A program made the translations under genes and the position numbers. Below the pieces are notes generated by a model that was not told where the DNA came from, did no database searches, and saw nothing but the letters and a program-made list of their open reading frames with translations. Positions 34,527-43,226 of a stretch of 64,000 bases of DNA are shown piece by piece. Source of the DNA: a virus; IMG/VR virus record IMGVR_UViG_3300017917_002228, positions 96,496 through 160,495 of that record; one strand, 5' to 3'. Within the stretch, counting starts at the first letter, position 1. Each line of letters begins with the position of its first letter.

Positions 34527-36430
34527 GGTACTCCGGCACCATAGTAGTTGCCATACAAAGCTCTATCCATATGAGAGTCACGAGGGGAGGTGCTAACTGC
34601 ACCTCCCATTCTGTTATTTGTAGAACCACCAGTCATTGAAGGTGGTGCAGATGGTGTAGTAGTGTTGTTAATTATAACTGGTTGTGTAGGAGTAGTGCCT
34701 TGTTCAATAGCTTGTCTAGAAGATTGAGCGTTGAATACATCTTCTCTTTGACTTAAAACAGGCTGTACTGGAGGTGTAGTAGAAGTAGCTGCAGCTGGAA
34801 CTTTGCTTACTTTAGCATAAATTCTTTCTGCTTCAGCCATTGCTTGGCCCACATCACCGCCAGTATATGGAAGTATTTCTTCTAGAATCTGTTCTTTAGA
34901 CTTACCTGCATACTTTACTACTTCTATATCCTTAGAAGGCATAACAGGTGTAGTAGATCTTACTGCTGGAGTTTCAGGAGGAGCGGTAGGAGTAGTAGTT
35001 GTTGCATGTACAGGTGCAGCAGTATTAGCAGTAGGAGTTGCAGTTCTAGTAACAGGAGCTGCTTGAGTAGTAGGAGCTGTAGCTGCAGGAGTCTCTGAAG
35101 TACCGAATAGCTTTCTGAAAGGCTCTTTAATAAAATCAGGCACTAAGTTAGATGCAGCATCAACCATCTTACCTGGAAGACTCTTGAAGAACTCCCATAC
35201 CTTACTAACTGCACCACCTAGTGTCTCACCAATTTGACTACCTAGATTGCTTGCACTTTCGAACCATTCAGCTATCTTATCTTTAACTGCTGTGAAAGTA
35301 TTAATTACACCTTCTTTTACGTAATTAAAGGTATCAACGATAGGTTCAATAATACTAAAGCTAGACCACCACTCTGCTATTTTATTCTTTGCATCAGTAA
35401 AGAAGTTAACTACAGTATCTTTAATACTAATAAATGTATCTTTAACGTAGTTGAACATAGTAGTTAATATAGCTACTAGATCAAAGTTATCGATAACTTC
35501 ATCCAAGGCTTTTGCAAAAGCTTCAAAGCCAAAGAACTCTGCAACTCTTGCAATTATTCTTCCTACACCTTTAACAAGTAATTCCGGTATAGCTACTACA
35601 ACTTTAACAATACCTTCGATCCATCTACCTTCCATAAAGTCTTTAAACGCACTAGTAAAGCGCCCAAAGAATGCTTCCCAGTCCTGGGACTCTAATGCAA
35701 GCAGTACACCAATAACGGCGCCTACAGGGCCTGCAAACCTAATTAAGAATCTACCAATACCTAAAAGACCTCTAAGAAGAATACCACCAAACTTTACAAT
35801 AGTATTAAAGGCATCTGTAATACCAGATAGTATACTCTTTACTAGATTAAACCCTGGTATAAGACTTAGTAATCCCATAATACCAGCACCAGCAGTAGTT
35901 TTAGCAGGTCCTTGTTTAGTATTATCGTTAGCAGGAACAGCTCGCTGGGCACGAGCTTCTCTAGCCTCTTCTTGTCTTCTAGCAGCATCTCCTCTCATAA
36001 ACCCTAGAAGATCTTTCATATAACCAGTAAGTGATTCTAGATTTCTAGTATCTTTCTGAGCTATTTCTAAGATAGTGGTATCTACGTTTAATATCTTAGT
36101 TAAAATAGACGTCTGCTGAGTTTGATTATCATTAAACGGAGCTTGTTGAGGTGCTGGAGCTCCTGTACGAGGTACACTTGGTGTAGTACCACCGGTTGCT
36201 CTACCTACACTCTCACCACCTCTGAACGCACCTGCAAGAGAAGGAACGAAAGGGCCTAGACCAGACTTTTCAAGAATAGCAGCTGCAATGTTTGTAGGTC
36301 TTAACGCATTAATGCCTGTGCTTGAAACTACAGCACCTTTAACATTAGCGTATACGTTGCTAGCGGTTCCAGCAGCAAGTCTGCCTGTACCTACTGCTAA
36401 TCTTTTAGTTAAACCTGTTAAACTAGCCAT
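34523..36430 (-). CDS. Tape-measure/baseplate hub candidate (gp29-like)
   Basis: 635 aa; hydrophobic segments and periodic aromatic helical repeats (FNYVK..I.TF..VK.KIAEW); follows genes 26 and 51. Confidence 0.6.
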   Translation of the reverse strand: MASLTGLTKRLAVGTGRLAAGTASNVYANVKGAVVSSTGINALRPTNIAAAILEKSGLGPFVPSLAGAFRGGESVGRATGGTTPSVPRTGAPAPQQAPFNDNQTQQTSILTKILNVDTTILEIAQKDTRNLESLTGYMKDLLGFMRGDAARRQEEAREARAQRAVPANDNTKQGPAKTTAGAGIMGLLSLIPGFNLVKSILSGITDAFNTIVKFGGILLRGLLGIGRFLIRFAGPVGAVIGVLLALESQDWEAFFGRFTSAFKDFMEGRWIEGIVKVVVAIPELLVKGVGRIIARVAEFFGFEAFAKALDEVIDNFDLVAILTTMFNYVKDTFISIKDTVVNFFTDAKNKIAEWWSSFSIIEPIVDTFNYVKEGVINTFTAVKDKIAEWFESASNLGSQIGETLGGAVSKVWEFFKSLPGKMVDAASNLVPDFIKEPFRKLFGTSETPAATAPTTQAAPVTRTATPTANTAAPVHATTTTPTAPPETPAVRSTTPVMPSKDIEVVKYAGKSKEQILEEILPYTGGDVGQAMAEAERIYAKVSKVPAAATSTTPPVQPVLSQREDVFNAQSSRQAIEQGTTPTQPVIINNTTTPSAPPSMTGGSTNNRMGGAVSTSPRDSHMDRALYGNYYGAGVP

Positions 36431-36602
36431 TTCGTTTATTATTCTCTTCTTCTAAATCCTTAAGATGCTTTATAAGCAATTCTACGAATAGATCTCGCTC
36501 ATAAGGATACATCTCATATACCTCTGTTAAAGAGTATTTATGGTGTTGCACAAGAGAAAATAAAGTGTTATAATAGACCGCGATATTGTAATACCCGGTC
36601 AT
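36423..36602 (-). CDS. 51: Baseplate hub assembly protein gp51-like (59 aa; absent from the ORF track)
   Basis: Own translation: MTGYYNIAVYYNTLFSLVQHHKYSLTEVYEMYPYERDLFVELLIKHLKDLEEENNKRNG. Confidence 0.85.
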   Translation of the reverse strand: MTGYYNIAVYYNTLFSLVQHHKYSLTEVYEMYPYERDLFVELLIKHLKDLEEENNKRNG

Positions 36603-36627
36603 TATGTAAAAAAACTTGTGATTCCTT
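36576..36627 (-). promoter_or_regulatory. Predicted -1 ribosomal frameshift signal (SD-like, T TTT TTT, hairpin)
   Basis: Minus strand: AAGGA, 8 nt, in-phase T TTT TTT (36614-36608), 7 nt, GACCG-GGTAT-TACA-ATATC-G-CGGTC hairpin. Confidence 0.7.
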
Positions 36628-37297
36628 TTAATAGAATCTCTTTTTTCTTACCTTCTTTATTCTTTAATACAACTGTATGTTCTACAGATGGCATAGTATC
36701 AAAAAACTGCTTGATTTTTTCCATGCTATCCATAGGAAGGCTATTAATAAAGTTATTCAGTTCTTCATCAGAATAACTATCATATACATTATCAGCATCA
36801 TAAATTTTATCAATGCAGCTTTTAATCATTCCGAACACAGCTTCTTGCTGATCAGGATTAGCTTCTACTAACTTTACTTCTTCTAATGTAGGATATCTCA
36901 TAACAATACCTACATCCTCAAACACGTTTATTTTATTAGTATGTTCAGGGTCAAACTTTACTTTAACGTCTTCTAGGTTGACTCTAAATTTAAATACTTC
37001 TTCTGTGTTTTCATCTGTATATTCTAGATCAACCATTTCACCTACAGACTTAGATCTTAATTTAATAAAGATATACTCAATATCAAATGTTGCAAGCTTA
37101 TCTACTTCTACCGGTTCTATAATACAATTTTGAATGACTTGTTTAACCGCAGCAATAATATCATCAGAATTATCTGCAGCTTTAGCCATCATAAGAACCT
37201 TTTCTTCTTGTACAGTGAAAGGTCTTATTGATATCTCTTTTTTAGTAGAAGGGATTACAACTTTATAAGTTGGATGCTTTATTTTAGGTAATGCCAT
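36602..37297 (-). CDS. 26: Baseplate hub subunit/chaperone (T4 gp26)
   Basis: MALPKI..P.Y...IPST....RPFTV.EEK.L, FDIEYIF.KLR.KSVGE, ends GITSFFT. Confidence 0.9.
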   Translation of the reverse strand: MALPKIKHPTYKVVIPSTKKEISIRPFTVQEEKVLMMAKAADNSDDIIAAVKQVIQNCIIEPVEVDKLATFDIEYIFIKLRSKSVGEMVDLEYTDENTEEVFKFRVNLEDVKVKFDPEHTNKINVFEDVGIVMRYPTLEEVKLVEANPDQQEAVFGMIKSCIDKIYDADNVYDSYSDEELNNFINSLPMDSMEKIKQFFDTMPSVEHTVVLKNKEGKKKEILLKGITSFFT

Positions 37298-37311
37298 AAT
37301 ATTTCCTCACT

Positions 37312-38043
37312 TTATAATAAACCTAATGCTCCTAAGTTTACTCTTTGTTGAAACTGAACAGGAGATGTTACACCGACAATATTTCTTATTGCAGCTATAT
37401 CAGAGCTTACTCTTCCTTGCTGGTAAGATAGAGAGTTAGCTCTTGCAGTAGTATTGTAATCGACTTGGCCTTGATCTAATGTCTCTGCATTCCAATATGT
37501 GTATGCAAAAGTAATAGGCAATTTTAAAAGAGTATCTGATTGATCCCAAGCTACCTGAACATCGCCTACGGTAATAGGATATGCTTCTATGAGCTGGTAA
37601 GAAAGAAACTCATTGCTATTTTCATCATATACTAATAAATCTACAATACCGAAATAATCTTTAGGGTAGGCAAAAGAACCTACAGTTAATCCTGCAGATG
37701 TAGTACCATTAGGATTTACACTTTGATTGAAATTAAAGATCTTCTGTGACCAGTTATGAAAGTAATTAAACACGTTTCCACTAGTATCACAATAGAATGT
37801 AAGTTGCACATCCTGTAGGTTAGTAGCATATGGTCTCTTTTCAATGTTACCATAACCTGACATTCTTATTTCATCTGTCATGTAAGATATGCCAGGGAGA
37901 GAAGCACTATCACAGAAAAAGCGTAAATCTGAACCAAAATTTAAAGCAAATGGTCCAGTAATTCTTACCATAAACTTTGATGACTTAGCTAAACCACCAT
38001 TAGCATTGATGGTAGAGAGCATCTCGTTGACACTAAACGCCAT
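37312..38043 (-). CDS. Tail-tube-fold protein, gp54-like tube initiator
   Basis: GGLAK...F.V.I, C..A.LPG, L.EAYP..VG.V...W, F.Y.YW. Confidence 0.7.
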   Translation of the reverse strand: MAFSVNEMLSTINANGGLAKSSKFMVRITGPFALNFGSDLRFFCDSASLPGISYMTDEIRMSGYGNIEKRPYATNLQDVQLTFYCDTSGNVFNYFHNWSQKIFNFNQSVNPNGTTSAGLTVGSFAYPKDYFGIVDLLVYDENSNEFLSYQLIEAYPITVGDVQVAWDQSDTLLKLPITFAYTYWNAETLDQGQVDYNTTARANSLSYQQGRVSSDIAAIRNIVGVTSPVQFQQRVNLGALGLL

Positions 38044-38623
38044 TTATTATTCCTCTTGAGTCTTTATAGACTTGGTTTCTATTAGCCTTAGTAAATCTCT
38101 CAAGTGGTAGGAACAATGCTATATCCCATTCGTTAGCTGGTACAAGCAAGAACCTAGTTTTAACATGGCTATAAAGATATCTCTTTACACAAGGTTTAAA
38201 ATATTTATAGCGTGCAGAGGAACTTAGCAACTGATAGCTCATACGAATCTTAGTAGTCTCGTTAAAGCGATCATTGTTAGTTAGATCGTATAAGCTATCC
38301 ATAAGACGTGCACGCATGATATGAGGTAGATAATGTAGGTTCATACCTAGAAAGCTATCTCCATCATCTTGGAATGGAAATACTAACGGGAACCTATCAT
38401 AATACGGAAGAGTTTCTTTAAGCTTCGGATCATATCCGAAAAGATACATGAAACCAGGTCTAATAAAAGTTCTATTAAGCTGGCGATTAGAGCTAATAAG
38501 ACTATTAACGTTGACACTGCGGACTTCTCTGGCTTTGTTTCTAAACCAGTCTCTCGAATCAAGTCCACCTGGTCGGTTATATGTCTGTCTACCCTGTTCA
38601 AGGATATTGGTGAAAATTGGCAT
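38033..38623 (-). CDS. 2: DNA end protector protein (T4 gp2)
   Basis: YDPKLKETLPYYDRFPL, GMNLHYL, KPCVKRYL..HV. Confidence 0.92.
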   Translation of the reverse strand: MPIFTNILEQGRQTYNRPGGLDSRDWFRNKAREVRSVNVNSLISSNRQLNRTFIRPGFMYLFGYDPKLKETLPYYDRFPLVFPFQDDGDSFLGMNLHYLPHIMRARLMDSLYDLTNNDRFNETTKIRMSYQLLSSSARYKYFKPCVKRYLYSHVKTRFLLVPANEWDIALFLPLERFTKANRNQVYKDSRGIINGV

Positions 38624-39060
38624 TACTTAATACCCAGCTCTTTCTCAGTCATAATCTTAAATTGCCATTTACGATCAGCGCAGAACTGCTCTGCAGCCTT
38701 CCATTTTGCACTATTGATACCGTATGTCTTTACTTCTGCAAAATACTTACGAGTGACCTTCTCAGGCTTCTTAGGCTCTTTAACTTGAGCTAGAGGCTTG
38801 ATCTCTATTAACATAGTATTTATTTTATTCTCAGCATCCTTCATCTTAACATAGAAGTCTGGAAAGTATCTATGTACTCTATTATCTATAGGACTCACAT
38901 AAGGTATCACTATCTCTTCGGAAGCCCATTCCAGCACATTTGGATGTGAGTCCAAATAGCGCATAAACTTAAACTCCCAGAGACTTCTATAGATAATATT
39001 AGTAGGATTACCCTTATATTTTTCAGGGTTATTAGGCCTAAACCTGCCTTTATATGCCAT
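38623..39060 (-). CDS. 4: Head completion nuclease (T4 gp4)
   Basis: MAYKGRF.P.NP.KY.G, YRSLWE, HRYFPDF, IEIKP, N.AKW.AA. Confidence 0.93.
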   Translation of the reverse strand: MAYKGRFRPNNPEKYKGNPTNIIYRSLWEFKFMRYLDSHPNVLEWASEEIVIPYVSPIDNRVHRYFPDFYVKMKDAENKINTMLIEIKPLAQVKEPKKPEKVTRKYFAEVKTYGINSAKWKAAEQFCADRKWQFKIMTEKELGIK

Positions 39061-39074
39061 GTTTTGAAATACCG

Positions 39075-39098
39075 TATAAATATACATGACTATTTATA
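39075..39098. promoter_or_regulatory. Pair of oppositely oriented late promoters
   Basis: TATAAATA on + (39075-39082) and on - (39091-39098) between genes 4 and 48. Confidence 0.85.
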
Positions 39099-39110
39099 GG
39101 GATTCCTTTA

Positions 39111-39878
39111 ATGCAACTTTACAGCTTTCCTGCAGAAGTACCTACGTATTTCACACGTATTACATTTTTTGAGTACTCTAGACCTAAACCTGGCTCACAG
39201 GCATTTAGAAATGCTGTAGCTACAATACGTCTCCCTATACCTGCTGGTCTAACTGATTCTTATGGTATTATGGTTAATGATACTGAGTTGGAGTTTTTAG
39301 GTAATAAGCCTTCAGAAGTAGTAGCAGCTGGTAAAGCAAAGATGGATGAGTATACAAATGCTCTAAGAAACGGCTTTGTTCAGAATACAATTACAGATAT
39401 TATCGTTAGAGGTGCTGCATTAACTCCAGGTATATCTGATACTGCATTAGGAAGAAGAGCTCAACAAGAAGTAGGTATGGTTCGTAACCCCCATTTAACT
39501 ACTATATTTGATGGTGTGCATTTAAAGTCATATACTTTTACTTGGAAGCTAGCTCCTAAGTCTCAGCAAGAAGCTTATACTGTAGAAAATATTGTACAAA
39601 AGATAAAAGAGTTTATGCATCCAGATCTAGCAGCTGGTGGTTTTGCTCTTACATATCCATACATTGCAACAGTTGAGTTTGATGTAGGTGATGCTAAGAT
39701 ATTACCTAACGTAAAAGATTCATTTATTACCAGAATGGATATTAATAGTTCTGCATCTGGTGTTCCTGCATTTTTTAGAGATGGTAAACCAGTAACAATA
39801 GAACTATCAATTGGGTTTAAAGAAATAAACGTTCAAACTAGAAGAGACGTAATACCAGCAGGATTAACGGATCGCTAA
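39111..39878 (+). CDS. 48: Baseplate tail-tube cap (T4 gp48-like)
   Basis: I.LPIP..L.D, NPH....F.G..L..Y.F.WKL.PKS..E, P...EL...FKE. Confidence 0.8.
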   Translation: MQLYSFPAEVPTYFTRITFFEYSRPKPGSQAFRNAVATIRLPIPAGLTDSYGIMVNDTELEFLGNKPSEVVAAGKAKMDEYTNALRNGFVQNTITDIIVRGAALTPGISDTALGRRAQQEVGMVRNPHLTTIFDGVHLKSYTFTWKLAPKSQQEAYTVENIVQKIKEFMHPDLAAGGFALTYPYIATVEFDVGDAKILPNVKDSFITRMDINSSASGVPAFFRDGKPVTIELSIGFKEINVQTRRDVIPAGLTDR

Positions 39879-40468
39879 TGTCTATTTTTAACTATTATCC
39901 TTATATTAACTATAATAATATTAAAGGTACTCATATCCTCAACAAGATTGAGGTTATTAGAAGCTACCTTAGTAGCTATCAACGCTTTTACAACTACACT
40001 ATTAAAGAGAATGAAAGAGCTGATATTATTGCTTACAAAGAGTATGGAGATGCTTCACTTGATTGGATCATCTATATGGTTAATGGTGTAACTGATCCAT
40101 ATGCTGACTGGGTTATGGATGATAAGAATTTTATTTCTTACCTAGAGAAAAAATATAACACCAGTGCAGAGAAGCTTACATCACCTTTAATTAATTCTTC
40201 TATAGTTTACTACTATTATAAAGGGCTTCCTTCTGATACACCAGAAGAGATTGCTTCATACAATTATACTATGAGTCCGGAAACTTATGATATGAAAATG
40301 GCTGCTGATCCTAATTCAGTTGCAGGCTGGTATCCAAGAACAGTATGGGATTACGAGAACGAATTGAACGAACAAAAGAGAGAAATTAAACTGCTTCGTT
40401 CAGAATTTATTAATGAGTTTAAGCAGCAGTTTAGAGATATTATGAACGCCGGCTTATATAATGGCTAA
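39878..40468 (+). CDS. 53: Baseplate wedge subunit (T4 gp53)
   Basis: Y.I...ERADIIA...YGD....WII...N...DP...W; YE.ELNE.KR.IKL. Confidence 0.88.
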   Translation: MSIFNYYPYINYNNIKGTHILNKIEVIRSYLSSYQRFYNYTIKENERADIIAYKEYGDASLDWIIYMVNGVTDPYADWVMDDKNFISYLEKKYNTSAEKLTSPLINSSIVYYYYKGLPSDTPEEIASYNYTMSPETYDMKMAADPNSVAGWYPRTVWDYENELNEQKREIKLLRSEFINEFKQQFRDIMNAGLYNG

Positions 40469-41885
40469 TTTAAATCCTTTAGAGATTCAAGTAGTAGACG
40501 TTATAATTCAGAAATTTGATTTTTCTGATAAGCTGAGTATAATGCCTCAGTTCATGGAATTAGCAGTATATCAATCTATATTTGAACCAGTAATAAAAGC
40601 AGAAATGCTTATTAACGATAGCATAGGATTGTTTGCTAACTATCCATTCACTGGTGAAGAGATAGTAATCATAAGATATAAGCATCTAACTAATGCTGTT
40701 AATAATAGAGAACTAGAAAAAGAATTTAAGTTTATTATTAGAGGAGTTAGAGATATAGCTCCTGCTGATAGAACTCGTACTGTTATGTTTATTATTGACT
40801 TAACCAGTGTAGAGTTTTTACAAAATACTCGTAAGCTAGTATCTCATGCTTATAATGATAAAGTAGAGGATATGGCTGAAAAAGTATATGAAGAGTATAT
40901 CTTAACAGATACTCTTACTAAGTTTGGAATGAGCAAACCATTTGTAAAAGAAGAGTCTATTAAAGTTAGAAATATGATTGTTCCTAACTTAAGACCGTTT
41001 CAGGCTATACAATGGTTAGCAAAGCATGCTGTAGCAAAAGATAACGATAATCATTTTACATATCTTTTTTATGAAGATATTAACGGGTTTAACTTTGTTA
41101 CTCTACAGCAACTAATAGAAGATGCTAAGAAACAAAACGGTAGAGAAGAACTAAGACAAAAACCATACAAGTTTGTATCTGATGTTGAACTTAGTAGAAA
41201 AGTTAGTTCAGATCCTAACCAAGATCTAAGACTTATTACCAACATTATTTTTAATAAGCGCTTTTCTTCTATAGAAAAGATAGCTGGTGGTTACTATCAA
41301 AACGAACTATTTGAAATTAGTATGACCAGTAAAGGTTATAAAAATACTGTTACTGAGTTAGAGCCTTCTAAGATAGGCACTTTTACCCTTGAAAGCTTTC
41401 CTCTCAACAATAAGAACTATATTGAGTATGTAAAGAATAAACCAGAAGGTGTAGAGTATTCGAATAGAATTAGATACGTTATTAATAACTGGTTAGATTA
41501 CGAAGAGCAAAATAAAGATCAACCTAACTATAGACTTAAGTTTGGTAATTCTACAAAATACATGTATGCATTAAATCAGATAGATATAACAGTAACCGTG
41601 CCTGCTAATATGGATCTTAAAGCAGGTCAAATCATCTATTGCGAAATACCTGAAACTCACGGCTTTAATGATGTGCAAATGGACAAATATTTGTCTGGAT
41701 TGTTTATTATATCAGAAGTAAAGCAAGTACTAGCTGCTGGTAACTTAGCTGCTACAACACTCAGATTAAATAAAGACGGTTATCTTAACAGCTTGTTTGA
41801 ACAGTCGCTGTATAATATTGGTGAATATAGAAAAGGTGATTATGTAATTGATCCTAAAACTGGAAGAGTTGCAGGTAGCGTATGA
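40461..41885 (+). CDS. Baseplate hub protein (gp27-like position)
   Basis: Between genes 53 and 5; P.TGEE, PN.RPF.AI.WL, YLFYE...GFNF, YLSG.FII. Confidence 0.65.
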   Translation: MANLNPLEIQVVDVIIQKFDFSDKLSIMPQFMELAVYQSIFEPVIKAEMLINDSIGLFANYPFTGEEIVIIRYKHLTNAVNNRELEKEFKFIIRGVRDIAPADRTRTVMFIIDLTSVEFLQNTRKLVSHAYNDKVEDMAEKVYEEYILTDTLTKFGMSKPFVKEESIKVRNMIVPNLRPFQAIQWLAKHAVAKDNDNHFTYLFYEDINGFNFVTLQQLIEDAKKQNGREELRQKPYKFVSDVELSRKVSSDPNQDLRLITNIIFNKRFSSIEKIAGGYYQNELFEISMTSKGYKNTVTELEPSKIGTFTLESFPLNNKNYIEYVKNKPEGVEYSNRIRYVINNWLDYEEQNKDQPNYRLKFGNSTKYMYALNQIDITVTVPANMDLKAGQIIYCEIPETHGFNDVQMDKYLSGLFIISEVKQVLAAGNLAATTLRLNKDGYLNSLFEQSLYNIGEYRKGDYVIDPKTGRVAGSV

Positions 41886-42847
41886 CACAAGACGATTTTT
41901 ACGGCGATAAGTTTAGATGGTTTGTCGGAGTTGTTAAAGATATAGCCGATGATCGCGACCGTGTGCGCGTTAGAATATTTGGTATACATCACACAGAGGA
42001 TGTATCTAGAGTATCTGATGGCGATTTACCTTGGGCATTAGTTTTATATCCCACAACAGGTGGTCAAACATCAGGAGGCAATGTAAGTCATGGTTTGGTA
42101 CCAGGAACTTGGGTATTTGGTTTTTTTGCTGACAGTTTGGATAGTCAGCAGCCTGTTATTGTGGGTGTTATTAATGGTGCACAAGGATCATTAAACAACT
42201 CACCTCCTTATCAGAGATCAATAGACCCTGCAACTGGTGCAGAAAATCCTCAGACAGGTCCTGTTCTATCTCCAACTACTACAGTAATTCCTGGTGGCAC
42301 TAACGTTCAAAAAACATATAATTACTTTTTTAAACGTATTAAAGATGACGGTGCCTATACTGGTGATTTAAAAGCTATGTCTGCAGCTTTAGTAGGTAAC
42401 TTTCAACAAGAAGCTGGCCGTAACATTGATCCTAACGCTTACAATCCTGCAGATAGTACCAAGTCAGGTAAAAACGTTGCACCTGCTTATGGTATTGCTC
42501 AGTGGAGATATGATAGAGCTGTAAATATGTTTAAGTTTGCAGGCTCTTCTTTTCAACCAATAACTAGCGGGCCCGGGCCTAGACAAGCTCCTCAAATGCC
42601 TCCTTTAGAAACACAATTAGATTTTGTGTGGCATGAACTTAAAGGTAATAAAAGATCTGCATACAATAAAATAATAACAGCATCTAATGTTAGTGATGCT
42701 GTTGAAGGTTGCTGCTTTTACGAAGTAGATAGTTCAGTAAAAGATAAAGGCAAAAGAGTTGATCGTAACGATAGCTCTTATAAGAATAAATTACGCAATG
42801 CTCAAAACGTATATGCATCTACAAGTTATACTGGAGGTGATGCATGA
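41882..42847 (+). CDS. 5: gp5 N-terminal OB-fold fused to a phage tail lysozyme domain
   Basis: WFVGVV.D...RVRVRIFG.H...LPWA...GTWVFGFF.D..Q.P; GNFQQE, YGIAQW, QLDFVWHEL. Confidence 0.85.
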   Translation: MTQDDFYGDKFRWFVGVVKDIADDRDRVRVRIFGIHHTEDVSRVSDGDLPWALVLYPTTGGQTSGGNVSHGLVPGTWVFGFFADSLDSQQPVIVGVINGAQGSLNNSPPYQRSIDPATGAENPQTGPVLSPTTTVIPGGTNVQKTYNYFFKRIKDDGAYTGDLKAMSAALVGNFQQEAGRNIDPNAYNPADSTKSGKNVAPAYGIAQWRYDRAVNMFKFAGSSFQPITSGPGPRQAPQMPPLETQLDFVWHELKGNKRSAYNKIITASNVSDAVEGCCFYEVDSSVKDKGKRVDRNDSSYKNKLRNAQNVYASTSYTGGDA

Positions 42848-43224
42848 ATGTAGTATCACCGAGCGCAATTTCTTATTCTAAGAACCTTTCTTTCGAGTTT
42901 ACTAATACTCTTAGAAATGAACAAGTAGAATTATCTGATTACTCTTATGCTCAATTTGTTATAGATGTAGACGGTAAAGTATATCAGTTTGCTCCTGCTA
43001 ACGAGCAAGACGCTACTGTAGTGTTGGTAGGAGGAGTAAATGCTTTTATTAATGAGAAGGCTATAAGATCTCAGTCACCATTTTATATTACACAACAACA
43101 AAAAAACACACTATATAAAATTATGAGAGAGCATTCAAATTACTACAGTGATGCAGATATTTCTTCTAATAATGATACACTAGAACAATGTGTATGTGCT
43201 CTTTATAACAACTTGGTCGGATAA
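42844..43224 (+). CDS. Degenerate T7-lysozyme/amidase-2-like protein
   Basis: QFVIDVDGKVYQ...VVLVGGVN...ITQQQKNTL resembles the amidase fold, but no Zn-ligand His is visible. Confidence 0.5.
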   Translation: MNVVSPSAISYSKNLSFEFTNTLRNEQVELSDYSYAQFVIDVDGKVYQFAPANEQDATVVLVGGVNAFINEKAIRSQSPFYITQQQKNTLYKIMREHSNYYSDADISSNNDTLEQCVCALYNNLVG

Positions 43225-43226
43225 AA

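Noticed and set aside
35915-35940. ANDN peptide in the tape-measure candidate matching the start of the tmRNA tag
   Set aside because: A four-residue internal match with no tmRNA structure around it; most likely coincidence
35451-36023. 190-aa plus-strand ORF, and similar antisense ORFs such as 23573-24064, 29110-29589 and 43880-44287
   Set aside because: They lie wholly opposite well-supported genes, have no recognisable motifs, and are expected from codon bias
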